The notes under the pieces: generated by a model
What the model was told of the DNA's origin: nothing
Seen by the model: only the letters and a program-made list of their open reading frames with translations
Databases searched by the model: none
In this document: piece by piece, positions 8,752-18,351 of the stretch
Layout of the letters: each line of letters starts with the position of its first letter
How positions within the stretch are numbered: position 1 is the first letter of the stretch
IMG/VR virus record: IMGVR_UViG_2579779052_000009
Strand: one strand, 5' to 3'
From: a virus
Lineage: Duplodnaviria; Heunggongvirae; Uroviricota; Caudoviricetes
DNA: 37,845 nucleotides
Position numbers and translations under genes: made by a program

Positions 8752-9865
8752 AGCTGATCCCCTGTTTTTTCATCTGCTGGCGAATAAAGGCATCAACATC
8801 GTCACCGGAACCACCCCGGCCCTTACTGTCCGGCTCTGCCGGAACGATAAAGCCGTCACGCGGTGCCAGTACCAGCCGGGTGACTTCCCCGTTATGTTCA
8901 TCAAGTAAAAACTCCACCTGACAGACCAGCAGTTCAGTCTGTTCTATACCGAAACGCAGGGCTGAAACACCGGTCAGCAGATTGACATCCCATAACCGGC
9001 CATCATCCCGGAACCAGCCACGCACGGTGGCAGAAAACCGTTCTGAACGGGCAATCGCACGGCGCATTTCACGCAGGGCACGCTGCCGTGCACCGGTGGT
9101 GTCTGTCTGTTGATCGGCGAGGATGATTTTCGGCCGGTAGCGGCCGATCTGCTCATCACTGATGACGCCCACAGGTGCTGCCAGACGGGCGGCGGATTCG
9201 CTGTCTCCCCGTTTGCCACCACCGCGCCCGTGTCCCCGGACACGGTATTCGCTGTATCGTCCTCGCCAGTCCGTGTTGTAATCGGCATCAAGCAGGTTAT
9301 CTCCCAGCACCAGTCTGTCCGTCTGCTGGCTTCCTGCCTGGGTGAACACCAGATCGCCGTCAGCATTACTGGTCACCAGCACCCCGCGATGCCGGGCAGC
9401 ACGGGTCAGCGCATCCGCCACGGTTTCTGAGTTTTCCAGCGTAAAAGAGCTGAAGGGGCGTGCAGCCGTGTCGTCGTTAACCTGCCAGCGCACGGCTATC
9501 CCGAAGGGCGCACATAAATCTGCGGCAATCTGTGCCAGCGTCCGGTTGCGCCACTGGCTGCCGGGATGGATGGCGGCACAGTCCACCAGGTCGCCGGTTT
9601 TATCCCGACCGCTGATGCTGATCTGATGACGGGTTGCACTGATCCGCTGACTGACCTGATCCAGCCAGCCACTGATGACCGTCTGCCCGTTAATTCTGAG
9701 CGTCAGGGACTGACCGGTTCGCAGGGCTGAGGGGATGCGCTCACCGGGCAGCATCAGCCCCAGTTCAAACGACCCGGCCAGATGCTCCAGCGAGCGACGG
9801 ACGCTGACCGTCAGCCAGCCGGAAAAAATACTGCCACCGATATACAGTTCAATCCTGCTGCTCAC
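8741..9865 (-). CDS. tail protein P-like (Mu gp44)
   Basis: Position after N; start placed at a GTG preceded by GGAGGGGA, a few nt upstream of the N stop; the track ORF begins 51 codons earlier inside N. Confidence 0.55.
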   Translation of the reverse strand: MSSRIELYIGGSIFSGWLTVSVRRSLEHLAGSFELGLMLPGERIPSALRTGQSLTLRINGQTVISGWLDQVSQRISATRHQISISGRDKTGDLVDCAAIHPGSQWRNRTLAQIAADLCAPFGIAVRWQVNDDTAARPFSSFTLENSETVADALTRAARHRGVLVTSNADGDLVFTQAGSQQTDRLVLGDNLLDADYNTDWRGRYSEYRVRGHGRGGGKRGDSESAARLAAPVGVISDEQIGRYRPKIILADQQTDTTGARQRALREMRRAIARSERFSATVRGWFRDDGRLWDVNLLTGVSALRFGIEQTELLVCQVEFLLDEHNGEVTRLVLAPRDGFIVPAEPDSKGRGGSGDDVDAFIRQQMKKQGISFDE

Positions 9866-11207
9866 TGATCCCCTCCACGCTGCGGCCACCCGGAACAAAA
9901 ACCGGATCGGGGATATTGTTTCTGCGGACAAAATACTGCCAGCGACTGCTGTTGCCGGTGGCACGGTACAGCGTGACCAGTGCCGGTTCGGTGGTGCGAA
10001 CCATGACCTGAAAAGCACCGGGAAGATGCACGCTCCGTGTGGTTAAATCTTCTGTCAGCGCAAGCCCTGCATCACGTAATGCAAGGGCAGTCCCGGTATA
10101 GCCCTGTGCGGACAGATCCAGCACCTGTTGTTCCATGGCATCGCTCAAATCCCGGTTGATACGCTGCACATCAGCAGAACTTTCCAGCCAGGCCAGTCCG
10201 CCCGAACGGTCAGTATCCTGAACGTGCGTCGTATTCTGCCGGATGACCTGATCCAGCAGTTTTCCGAGCGTCTGTGCCTGCGACACCAGGGTTGCACTCT
10301 GCATCACGCTCCGCAGCAGACGGATATTTTTCTGTGCCGCAGGCGTCAGGCCAATCAGGCGCTGTGGATCATCCTGTTCGCTGAGGGTGTAACGCAGGGA
10401 GGAAAGTGTGCGGTACAGCTGCGGCATGGCCTGCTCTGCCATGCTGTCACGGTTTGTGGTCAGGCTGCCGGACGGCGTTCCGGCTTTTCCGGTCAGAGAC
10501 AGGGAAGGATCGCCGGGCAGCCCGGTCAGCACGGCAAACATTCCGGCCAGCGATTCAGCCATGCGACGGGGCGCATTAATCAGGGCGGCGGCATTGCCTT
10601 TCAGGGCAGTAAAACTGGCCGTAAAGGCACTGATATCCTGCACAATCCCCATCCCCGAAACGGCATTCTCCAGTGCATCAATCTTATCGCTGATGGTGTC
10701 GGTCATGGCCTGTACATCATGCAGACCGTCTGAAATCACCGTCCAGCCGTCTGAAAGCGTGTTAAACAGCTGATTCATTGCTGAGCCGCTTTTCTGCTCC
10801 AGCGCAGCTGCCGTATCTTCTGCCACCGCAGGGGCGGTATCGTCACTGGCGGGGATCACGTTGATCGTGAACTCAACCGTTCCCTGCTCGCTGGCGTTAT
10901 AACGGCTTTCAAAGCTGTTTATCAGCACGTTTAACGTGCCGTAATCCGGGTGCATCAGTTCACCGGCACCGGGTGCACGCAGCGCATCACGCAGGCGGCT
11001 TCGCTGTGTCTGAAGATCGTCTCCGGTAACCAGAACCGTGAATGTGAACTCCGGGAGTTTTGGCCCCAGATCATCCGCACCGCCGCTTTCACGCAGTGGG
11101 TATTCACGGCGCACAATGTTACGTCCGCCCCGTTCCCGCTGCTCCTGATAAACCAGGAACGGTACGCCACGAAAGGAGCCACGCCCCGGCGTGTCAGTAG
11201 AGGCCAT
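9849..11207 (-). CDS. DNA circularisation protein N-like (Mu gp43)
   Basis: 452 aa immediately downstream of the tape measure gene, as in Mu. Confidence 0.6.
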   Translation of the reverse strand: MASTDTPGRGSFRGVPFLVYQEQRERGGRNIVRREYPLRESGGADDLGPKLPEFTFTVLVTGDDLQTQRSRLRDALRAPGAGELMHPDYGTLNVLINSFESRYNASEQGTVEFTINVIPASDDTAPAVAEDTAAALEQKSGSAMNQLFNTLSDGWTVISDGLHDVQAMTDTISDKIDALENAVSGMGIVQDISAFTASFTALKGNAAALINAPRRMAESLAGMFAVLTGLPGDPSLSLTGKAGTPSGSLTTNRDSMAEQAMPQLYRTLSSLRYTLSEQDDPQRLIGLTPAAQKNIRLLRSVMQSATLVSQAQTLGKLLDQVIRQNTTHVQDTDRSGGLAWLESSADVQRINRDLSDAMEQQVLDLSAQGYTGTALALRDAGLALTEDLTTRSVHLPGAFQVMVRTTEPALVTLYRATGNSSRWQYFVRRNNIPDPVFVPGGRSVEGISEQQD

Positions 11208-13251
11208 AGTTCCCTCCGTTCCAGACGTTCACATCCAGGCCATGCTGTGCGGTATCATCCACATCAATACTGCGCGCCCGCCAGCCTTCAGGGGCCACAA
11301 GCTCCACCCGTGCGGCGGTTTTCGCGGTGGCCTGTCCGCCGTTTTCGTCACTGCCGCCACGCAGTTTCTGCCAGGCCTGCGTCAGCCAGCCCCCCAGATA
11401 ATCACCGAGATAGCTGCCCACCGTGGAACCAATGGCAACCCCGACCGGACCAGCAGCCGCCCCCAGCGCGCCACCGGCGATACTTCCGGCAAGGGAACCC
11501 ACGGCACCGGCTTTATCGGCTGCACTGGCGCTGCTGTCCAGCAGTACAGGAGCCGCCATGGCACCGGCCCACAGGGCACCACCACCCAGCCGACCGGCAC
11601 CACGGAACAGCCCGGCAAAACGCCCCAGCCCCATGCGGTTTCCGGCCGCCGTTAGCAGACCACCGGCACGGCTCATCATACGACCGAAGAAGCCCTGTTT
11701 ACCGGCACTCTCCGCCAGTTGCTCACCGGCAGTCACGATGGTCGTGACACCCCGTCCACGTCCGGGGCCGCGTTTTTTACGGCCGCGCACGATTTTGCCG
11801 TCACCGCTGACCACCACATCCCCGCCACCTGAGGCCAGGCCACCCGCAGGCCAGTTGGTGACCAGCACGGGCTGAACGGCAGCCGGATTTACCCCGGTAA
11901 GGAAATTCAGGAACCGGCCAGCGCGTCCGGGCTGCGTTCCCGGCACAGTGGTCTGCGGTTTGCGGAAGGGCGACGTCAGCACGGAGGTCATCGCCATGCC
12001 ATAGCGTAAGGGGGTTGCGCCGAGACGTAATGCCCCCGTCCCCGCAAACCTGAGCACCTTCAGCGCACGGGAGGCGAGATACATATACATCAGGTACTTT
12101 GCGGCGGTCTGCGCACCCTGACCAATGCGATCCAGCGCATCGCCATAACCGGCGTCGCGCAGTGCCTGAAGCGTTTCCCTGACTTTCTGAATGACCCGGT
12201 AAAAGCCGGTCGCAGCGTCTCTGGCATACTCAAATCCCTGATTCAGAGCTGAGGCCGTCTGTGTGGCCAGCTTATCCTGTAAGCCGCTTTTCTGTGCCGC
12301 ATCGGCATAATCCAGGAAGCCTTTCAGGCTCTTTTTCAGGCTGTCAAACGGTCCCTTTGCCATCACCTCGCGGGCAAATCCGTCCCAGACGTCGCCCATC
12401 ATGGACGTCATTCCCGTCCAGGAATTCATGGCGTTTTTCTGGGCACCTTTTGCCTGTTCGGCCATCACCTGAAATAACAGGCGAATGCTGTCCGGCCCCA
12501 GTTTTCCTTTTTCGCCTTTCTCACGGATGATCTTCTGGTTTACGCCCAGCTTATCGGCCAGTAACTGGTAAACGTTAATCCCGTATCCGGTCAGAATATT
12601 GGCGTCCGCTGCCTGGATACTCTGGCGGGCAAACATCTGTTTGAGTTGCAGGGACGCACCCTGTGCATCTGACAGTGACCAGCCGTGATAGCCGCCCTGA
12701 TCCTGAAGCATGGTAATAAAGCGACGGGCTTCCCTGTCACTCATGCCAAACCCGCGACTGGAGGCGTATTCCTGCATAACCCCCGCCAGCCCCCAGGTGG
12801 TGTCTTTGGCGTTCTGTACTGCCCAGGCTTTCACTGCTTCCGTTTTTGCCGTATCGCCATGATTAATGGCGTTGAGACGCAGAATATAGTTCTCCATCTC
12901 TGCGGCCGGGCGGATAAAGGCTTTATTAAAACCGTAGACCGCAGCCCCTCCCGCCAGCATCCCGTAAAGGTTGCTTATCCGCCCGATGGTGCCGGTAATG
13001 CTGCCCTGCAGGCGGTCAAAATCTGACGTTACCGTGCGGATGCTGCCACGAACACCGGCAAGCGTTCGCTGCATACGGGAGCCGACAAGTTCTGTTTCCT
13101 GACCGGCCCGGCGGGCTGCATTTCCAAGACCACCCAGGCCTGTCCTGCCGGAACGGGAGAACGCCCCCAGCTCCTGTGACCACTGGCGGGATTTGGCGGA
13201 AATATTGCCGAGTAAATCGACAATCAGGGAGGCTTTCAGGTTTTTTGCCAT
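11194..13251 (-). CDS. tail tape measure protein
   Basis: 685 aa, Ala/Gly-rich with a Gly-rich C-terminal region; follows the chaperone pair and precedes N. Confidence 0.8.
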   Translation of the reverse strand: MAKNLKASLIVDLLGNISAKSRQWSQELGAFSRSGRTGLGGLGNAARRAGQETELVGSRMQRTLAGVRGSIRTVTSDFDRLQGSITGTIGRISNLYGMLAGGAAVYGFNKAFIRPAAEMENYILRLNAINHGDTAKTEAVKAWAVQNAKDTTWGLAGVMQEYASSRGFGMSDREARRFITMLQDQGGYHGWSLSDAQGASLQLKQMFARQSIQAADANILTGYGINVYQLLADKLGVNQKIIREKGEKGKLGPDSIRLLFQVMAEQAKGAQKNAMNSWTGMTSMMGDVWDGFAREVMAKGPFDSLKKSLKGFLDYADAAQKSGLQDKLATQTASALNQGFEYARDAATGFYRVIQKVRETLQALRDAGYGDALDRIGQGAQTAAKYLMYMYLASRALKVLRFAGTGALRLGATPLRYGMAMTSVLTSPFRKPQTTVPGTQPGRAGRFLNFLTGVNPAAVQPVLVTNWPAGGLASGGGDVVVSGDGKIVRGRKKRGPGRGRGVTTIVTAGEQLAESAGKQGFFGRMMSRAGGLLTAAGNRMGLGRFAGLFRGAGRLGGGALWAGAMAAPVLLDSSASAADKAGAVGSLAGSIAGGALGAAAGPVGVAIGSTVGSYLGDYLGGWLTQAWQKLRGGSDENGGQATAKTAARVELVAPEGWRARSIDVDDTAQHGLDVNVWNGGNYGLY

Positions 13252-13254
13252 GGG

Positions 13255-13449
13255 TTACTGCTTCGTTCTGAGAATTTTTTCGGTCTGTCGGCAGTGCCGG
13301 TAAAGCTGCGATAAAGGGAGGTTAAGCGCCCACTCCGGGCCGCTTTTTGTCACCATCCCCAGCACAATTGCGGCTTCTTCAATCTGATCCCGGCACTGCA
13401 TCTGGTCGCCCCCGTTCAGCGACCAGCTTTCCTGCCATCGCGGAATCAA
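13255..13449 (-). other. overlapping out-of-frame ORF: candidate frameshift extension of the tail chaperone
   Basis: Open frame overlaps the last 23 codons of the chaperone and runs to 4 nt before the tape measure start; the conserved G/GT-type arrangement. Confidence 0.45.
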
Positions 13450-13858
13450 GCAGGCTTACCGCCGCCATCAGACGGGAGAGATCGCGCTCGCTGAGCTGTC
13501 CGATCTGACGCGGAGACAATGGCCCCTCAATCTGGCCAACAGCGGCAATCTGACGGCGCAGCAGTGCAATGCCGCGCAGTGCCGGCGAGGCTATCAGAAC
13601 CGGGCCGCCATTTCGGGTTTCCATAAGACGCTCGGCCTCGGTTTCCGCGTCAATGCTGTCTTTCGCCGTCAGTTCGCGGAAGGTGACGCGGTATTCACGG
13701 GATTCCCCGAACGGCAGACCGTCGAGCAGATCCACATAGCCGTTCGCCAGCTGTTCAGCCAGCCCGGCGGTGCGGGGATCGCCGTCTTCAAGTGCATCCC
13801 GGATAGCCTCCATCACGGCCTCGTCAGAAACCGCCGTTTTTTTCTTACGTGTGGTCAT
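13379..13858 (-). CDS. tail assembly chaperone (Mu gp41-like)
   Basis: 159-aa acidic protein between the tail tube and tape measure genes. Confidence 0.6.
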   Translation of the reverse strand: MTTRKKKTAVSDEAVMEAIRDALEDGDPRTAGLAEQLANGYVDLLDGLPFGESREYRVTFRELTAKDSIDAETEAERLMETRNGGPVLIASPALRGIALLRRQIAAVGQIEGPLSPRQIGQLSERDLSRLMAAVSLLDSAMAGKLVAERGRPDAVPGSD

Positions 13859-13872
13859 TGCATTTTTCCTGA

Positions 13873-14238
13873 TTACTGGACACGGGTACTGGTGGCGCTG
13901 GCGAACTTCGCGGAGATATCACCGCCACCGTCAAGCGAGGCCGGTTCACTGCTCCAGGCCTTCGTCATCATGTGGACTTCACCGGTATCGGCCACGAACT
14001 CAATCGTGACCGCAGTCCAGGTGTTGATTTCATCGGCAGCCGGTGAACCTTCTCCGCCTGCCGGAAATTTACAGTCCAGCGTCGCCTCACGGGGTTTCTC
14101 ACGATAGCCATAGACTTTCGCGCCTTTCACCACTTCACGCTCAAAGCCGGACGGGGAGAACGTGGCTCCCTCAAGGGTGGCGTACTCCTGTCCGTTCACA
14201 CGGATGGTGGCCGTGCCCTGATGCTGTTTTCCGCTCAT
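13873..14238 (-). CDS. tail tube protein (Mu M-like)
   Basis: 121 aa directly after the sheath gene. Confidence 0.65.
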   Translation of the reverse strand: MSGKQHQGTATIRVNGQEYATLEGATFSPSGFEREVVKGAKVYGYREKPREATLDCKFPAGGEGSPAADEINTWTAVTIEFVADTGEVHMMTKAWSSEPASLDGGGDISAKFASATSTRVQ

Positions 14239-14246
14239 GCCTTACC

Positions 14247-15749
14247 TCACAAAATGAAACGGATCTGCGCGGCCATGAAGCGGAACTGGTTAACCAGATC
14301 CGGTGTACACATCACATCCAGACGGTTACGGTCTTTTGTGTTGCGCTCCACGAGCAGATTCTTTTTAAAGGTGTCCAGATTTTCGACCAGCCCGAGTTCC
14401 ACCCATTCTTCCCCCAGTGCAATCAGCTGGAGCGTCATAATCTCCGGCGTCACGATATTCTGACCGGGCCGGACGGGAGTACCGTTATCGGCCAGTTTGT
14501 GGCGCGGGAAACGCTGCGTGATAAAGGTGCGCAGGGAATAACGCAGATATGACAGGGTGTAGATGGTTTCTACATCCAGATAGCTGGGATCGCTTTCGCC
14601 GTATGCATTCTGACGGTACATCGTCACCTGACGTTCAATCTGCACCACATCAGCGGCCGCAACGGTCACCGTGGACATGCCGGTATAAAGCAGGCTGTTT
14701 CGCTCTTCCCGCGTCAGACGATCCGGTGCTTCAGGTGCCATACGGGCAGGCAGCGCCAGTGTCTGTAATGGTCGGGCCGGATCCGTTGACAGGGAGGGCG
14801 CACAGACCGCACAAATGGAGGCAGCCCAGACATAATCCGGCTCTGGTGCTTTAGGAATAGAAGTGCAGGTAAACAGGAAGTCATTACGGGATTCACCAAA
14901 ACTGGTTGCCGTACCGAAGGTGCCGGTATGCGCCATCCAGACCATACCGTCCGACATTTTTACCGGTCCCCAGCGTTTCAGCAGTTCATCCGCCAGAATT
15001 TTGAGATTTGCCGCATCCTTATAGGGCATGACGATGTAGTTGTACTGACGATTCCCCATCCCTGAGACGCTACGGGTGATATCGGGGTTTGTTGCCTTCT
15101 GTGTTGGCGCGACGAGCTCCAGCGTAAGACCGGCCGGTGTAGTTTCACCGTCATAATAGTTCACCCGTAAATCATGAGCTGAGCATTCACCGATAAAGCG
15201 GGCGTTAACCCCCATGCTGCCTTTAAGTCCTTCAGCATTATCACCACTGACTTCAGCTGCGATAGCAGTGAATGGCGCATCAGTGTCAGCGTTAATGACC
15301 TTAGCCAGCTCTTCCACAAGCTCTTTACCTTTTTTCCCCTTACTGACGGGCAGGAGGTAACGGCGACCGCCGATGTAAACACTTAACACCCCGTCTGCCA
15401 ATGCTGTTCCAATGATATTCATCACGCATGCCCTGGACTGACCTGTTCCAGCCCCCTGTGCAATGGCATATAACTCTGTGTCAGGGTTAATGGCGATAAA
15501 TTCCTCTACCATCAGTGCAATCATGGAACCTCGCCCCCAGAGTTCTCTTGCTTGTGAAGCTCGGGTAATACGTACTGGTACATCAAGCTGACCGCGCCCC
15601 TGAATGGTGGTGTCTTTCATTGCAGCCTGACCAAACAACAGTACCGCCTGACGCTGTGGTGGAGTGCCGGTCACGGCCATTGAATTATTGATTTCAATCT
15701 GTACCAGCGGAATGCGATTGTTATCGCCGATATAATCAAAGTTAATCAT
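14247..15749 (-). CDS. contractile tail sheath protein (Mu L-like)
   Basis: 500 aa, position and length typical of myovirus sheath. Confidence 0.8.
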   Translation of the reverse strand: MINFDYIGDNNRIPLVQIEINNSMAVTGTPPQRQAVLLFGQAAMKDTTIQGRGQLDVPVRITRASQARELWGRGSMIALMVEEFIAINPDTELYAIAQGAGTGQSRACVMNIIGTALADGVLSVYIGGRRYLLPVSKGKKGKELVEELAKVINADTDAPFTAIAAEVSGDNAEGLKGSMGVNARFIGECSAHDLRVNYYDGETTPAGLTLELVAPTQKATNPDITRSVSGMGNRQYNYIVMPYKDAANLKILADELLKRWGPVKMSDGMVWMAHTGTFGTATSFGESRNDFLFTCTSIPKAPEPDYVWAASICAVCAPSLSTDPARPLQTLALPARMAPEAPDRLTREERNSLLYTGMSTVTVAAADVVQIERQVTMYRQNAYGESDPSYLDVETIYTLSYLRYSLRTFITQRFPRHKLADNGTPVRPGQNIVTPEIMTLQLIALGEEWVELGLVENLDTFKKNLLVERNTKDRNRLDVMCTPDLVNQFRFMAAQIRFIL

Positions 15750-16027
15750 CAGGACGTCCCCTTATCTGATGCTGCGGTTTTTTCAGCCACCGCCGCAGTT
15801 TTTTCTGCTGCCGCTCCCGCTGGTTTTGCCGCCGCGCCGGTATTACCTGTTGTGGCAGCCGGGGCAGGCTCCTCCGTTTTATCCACCACAATGACGTCAC
15901 CATCATTAAGACGGCGGCACCAGAACGGAGTGAAGGGTTTCTCTTCACCGTCCTGTGAGAGCGGAGTCATCGTGTCGGGATCGCGAATCAGGCATCCCGG
16001 CGCAGGTTTAATAAAAATGGTTGTCAT
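15749..16027 (-). CDS. small Ala-rich protein, Mu gp38-like
   Basis: 92 aa with low-complexity Ala/Thr/Lys C-terminus between gp37 and sheath. Confidence 0.45.
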   Translation of the reverse strand: MTTIFIKPAPGCLIRDPDTMTPLSQDGEEKPFTPFWCRRLNDGDVIVVDKTEEPAPAATTGNTGAAAKPAGAAAEKTAAVAEKTAASDKGTS

Positions 16028-16030
16028 CTG

Positions 16031-16594
16031 TTATTCCTCTGACGGTCCGGCGTTTTCACCGGCGGCAGTTGCACCAGGCAGACGGATGTGTGCCTTAAAC
16101 TCCGGCGTGCCTTCCGGTTCGGTAAAGGTTTCGTAATGGCGCAGGAAATCATCCAGCGAGCTGATATCCGTCAGCGGGTCGATCATTTCCTCGCATGAGA
16201 AATACAGGGCGTACATCACGGCACCGCTGCCTGCCTGCGTTTCGGTGTAACCGTTGACCGCCTTTTCAAAGTAAAGCGGTGAGGTTTTTTCTGCTCTGAA
16301 GCCGTCCAGCAAGGTAATCAGGCGGGCCACAATCTGATAAAGCCCGGGACGGCTGACCTCACGGCCATTGAGCATGTCGCCGATGACGTAGAACACCCAG
16401 TGACTGACCAGACGCCCACGGGTACGCCCTTCACCGGCACCCAGCCAGGCAACATAGATAGCCGGGGCGTTAATCAGCATGGTACGCAGTACGCTGTCGC
16501 TCCAGTCGCCGGGATGTGTGTCAACAGACACCAGTTCATTCCCGAAATACTCACGGATACGGGCGATGTACGCTTGCTCGGTTTCCGTAATCAT
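16031..16594 (-). CDS. Mu gp37-like head-tail joining protein
   Basis: 187 aa; conserved position in Mu-like late operon. Confidence 0.55.
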   Translation of the reverse strand: MITETEQAYIARIREYFGNELVSVDTHPGDWSDSVLRTMLINAPAIYVAWLGAGEGRTRGRLVSHWVFYVIGDMLNGREVSRPGLYQIVARLITLLDGFRAEKTSPLYFEKAVNGYTETQAGSGAVMYALYFSCEEMIDPLTDISSLDDFLRHYETFTEPEGTPEFKAHIRLPGATAAGENAGPSEE

Positions 16595-17010
16595 ATAAAG
16601 CCCTTCTGGTTGCGCCCGAACACCGCCGCATCAGACTGCACCTGCGGTAAATCCCCGGATTCAGGGGCCGCACCGTCTGTATCCACGCCGACCGGCACGT
16701 TACCGTTCATGACATCTTTCAGCCAGGCCAGCGCCTCACGGTAACGGTCACGCGCCTGATCGGATGCCCGCTGATCGCACAGGTAATAAAAGGCAATCGT
16801 GCAGCAATGCTGAACAAGGACCGCCGGAACCACCGCCAGCGGCAGCGTGTAACGGGCAGACAGGTAACTGTCGATAAGGGCAGACGCGTCCGTCAGTGCC
16901 CGGTTCAGCTTGCGTGTGTCCGGCTCATCCGAACGGGGCACGGCCAGTAATGGCCTGAGCAAATCCTCGCGGTAACGTGCCCGCATATCGGTTTCGGTGG
17001 CGTAATTCAT
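16591..17010 (-). CDS. Mu gp36-like protein
   Basis: 139 aa; overlapping stop/start with neighbours. Confidence 0.55.
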   Translation of the reverse strand: MNYATETDMRARYREDLLRPLLAVPRSDEPDTRKLNRALTDASALIDSYLSARYTLPLAVVPAVLVQHCCTIAFYYLCDQRASDQARDRYREALAWLKDVMNGNVPVGVDTDGAAPESGDLPQVQSDAAVFGRNQKGFI

Positions 17011-17360
17011 GCGCGAGCCTTTTTCGCCTGTCTGGCGTTATTGCCGGTCTTTTTCCGGGGAGCATCCTGTCCGGCTTCGGCTAAATCTGCACCGGTCTCT
17101 GCATGAACCACCCCCGCCACGGCTCCCGCATCATCACCAGGCGTCTGTAGTATTCGTACAGTGAGGCATGGCTCCGCTTCCAGTCGGGCAAGCTGCTCCG
17201 GGGTGACGTCAACCTGCTGGCGTCCCCGCATGAACAGGAACCCCGCACGACGAAACTGCGCACGACTGCAACGCACTTCTGCCAGTACCGTGACAGGACT
17301 GTCACCACTGACCTGAAGGCCTGAATCATCTGTTGCTGCCACAGTGTGATGTTCATTCAT
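17007..17360 (-). CDS. hypothetical protein after the major head gene (Mu gp35 position)
   Basis: 117 aa with basic C-terminus; chosen over the alternative-frame ORF 17081..17356, which is Trp/Arg-rich and unlikely. Confidence 0.4.
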   Translation of the reverse strand: MNEHHTVAATDDSGLQVSGDSPVTVLAEVRCSRAQFRRAGFLFMRGRQQVDVTPEQLARLEAEPCLTVRILQTPGDDAGAVAGVVHAETGADLAEAGQDAPRKKTGNNARQAKKARA

Positions 17361-17403
17361 ATTTGCCCTCCGCAGGGGCCGGGCCGTAAGCCCGGCTCAC
17401 CGT

Positions 17404-18351
17404 TTACAGATAATCCGCGACAACCAGCTCCAGCTTGCCCTTCATCTCGTTAGAGACGGTGGTGTTACCGTCCGCGAACAGCTCGCGCTCCAGCAGCTGC
17501 ACCGCCTGTTTTTCCAGCGAGGTGGGGACAACAATATGGGTGGGTTTGATGCCGAGTTTGCGGCCACCGTCAGCCTTAAAGTCACGCATGGCTGACCAGC
17601 CGTGCCACAGCGCATCCAGCGTCAGCGGTGACTGCATCATGTAGGCCATCTGCCAGAAGCCGTAGCCCACATTGCGACGGGCGGAAGCACCGAACACAAA
17701 CTCGTTATCAGTAAACGCACGGCCTTCATCGACTTTTGTCTGGGCAACCAGTTCGGCCTTGCGGCGATCCTGATAAATCAGCGGTTTTACCGCGCGGGAG
17801 CAGTCAAGCAGATACCAGGCCGGGCCGCTGTAATCCGCCTGTGCACCGACAGAGCCGGTTTTTGCCACAAACATATTGCTGACCATCTGTGCATCACCGG
17901 AGCCATCCACTTTGGGGTAAACAGGGTGTTCGGTATCAAAGAAGTTCTGGCCGTCATAGCAGGCCGCATTCAGACCATCACGCAGTGCAGCAAAGACCAG
18001 TTCATCCGGTTGTGCCGCCGCAGCGCGCCCCATCTCCTGGAACAACGGGGAGTAGATGCCAAGATTGTCGTCTTCAAAGTCATCGCGGCTAATGGCAACG
18101 GTGCCTTCAAAGGTTTTGTTCACGATGGCGTAGCCATAGGCTTTCATCTTCTCGATGACGCGGGAGCCGATCCACTCACGGAACTGCGGGAACTGCCCCA
18201 GCCAGCCGTAGGTGTTGGATTTCGACGTGGACGGTACGGTCATCGCAATTTTCTGGTACTGAGACGGAGCCATGGACATCCCGGCCTGAAAATCAGAACG
18301 GTAGCCCGTCATCAGGGCGGTGATCATCGCCGGTGTGATCGGGGTAGGCAT
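17404..18351 (-). CDS. major head subunit (Mu T-like)
   Basis: 315 aa directly downstream of the I-like protease/scaffold gene. Confidence 0.8.
   Translation of the reverse strand: MPTPITPAMITALMTGYRSDFQAGMSMAPSQYQKIAMTVPSTSKSNTYGWLGQFPQFREWIGSRVIEKMKAYGYAIVNKTFEGTVAISRDDFEDDNLGIYSPLFQEMGRAAAAQPDELVFAALRDGLNAACYDGQNFFDTEHPVYPKVDGSGDAQMVSNMFVAKTGSVGAQADYSGPAWYLLDCSRAVKPLIYQDRRKAELVAQTKVDEGRAFTDNEFVFGASARRNVGYGFWQMAYMMQSPLTLDALWHGWSAMRDFKADGGRKLGIKPTHIVVPTSLEKQAVQLLERELFADGNTTVSNEMKGKLELVVADYL

Noticed and set aside
8741-10018. Long track ORFs for the P-like gene (and 7707..8288 for the gp46-like gene)
   Set aside because: The 5' extensions overlap the upstream genes by 50 or so codons; internal starts with ribosome-binding sites adjacent to the upstream stop codons are more plausible.
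10950-11875. Long + strand ORFs (265 and 150 aa), Pro/Ala/Arg-rich
   Set aside because: Antisense to the tape measure and N genes; low-complexity, no ribosome-binding site context.
17081-17356. Alternative-frame 91-aa ORF
   Set aside because: Overlaps the 117-aa ORF in another frame and is Trp/Arg-rich; the 117-aa frame was kept, with low confidence.
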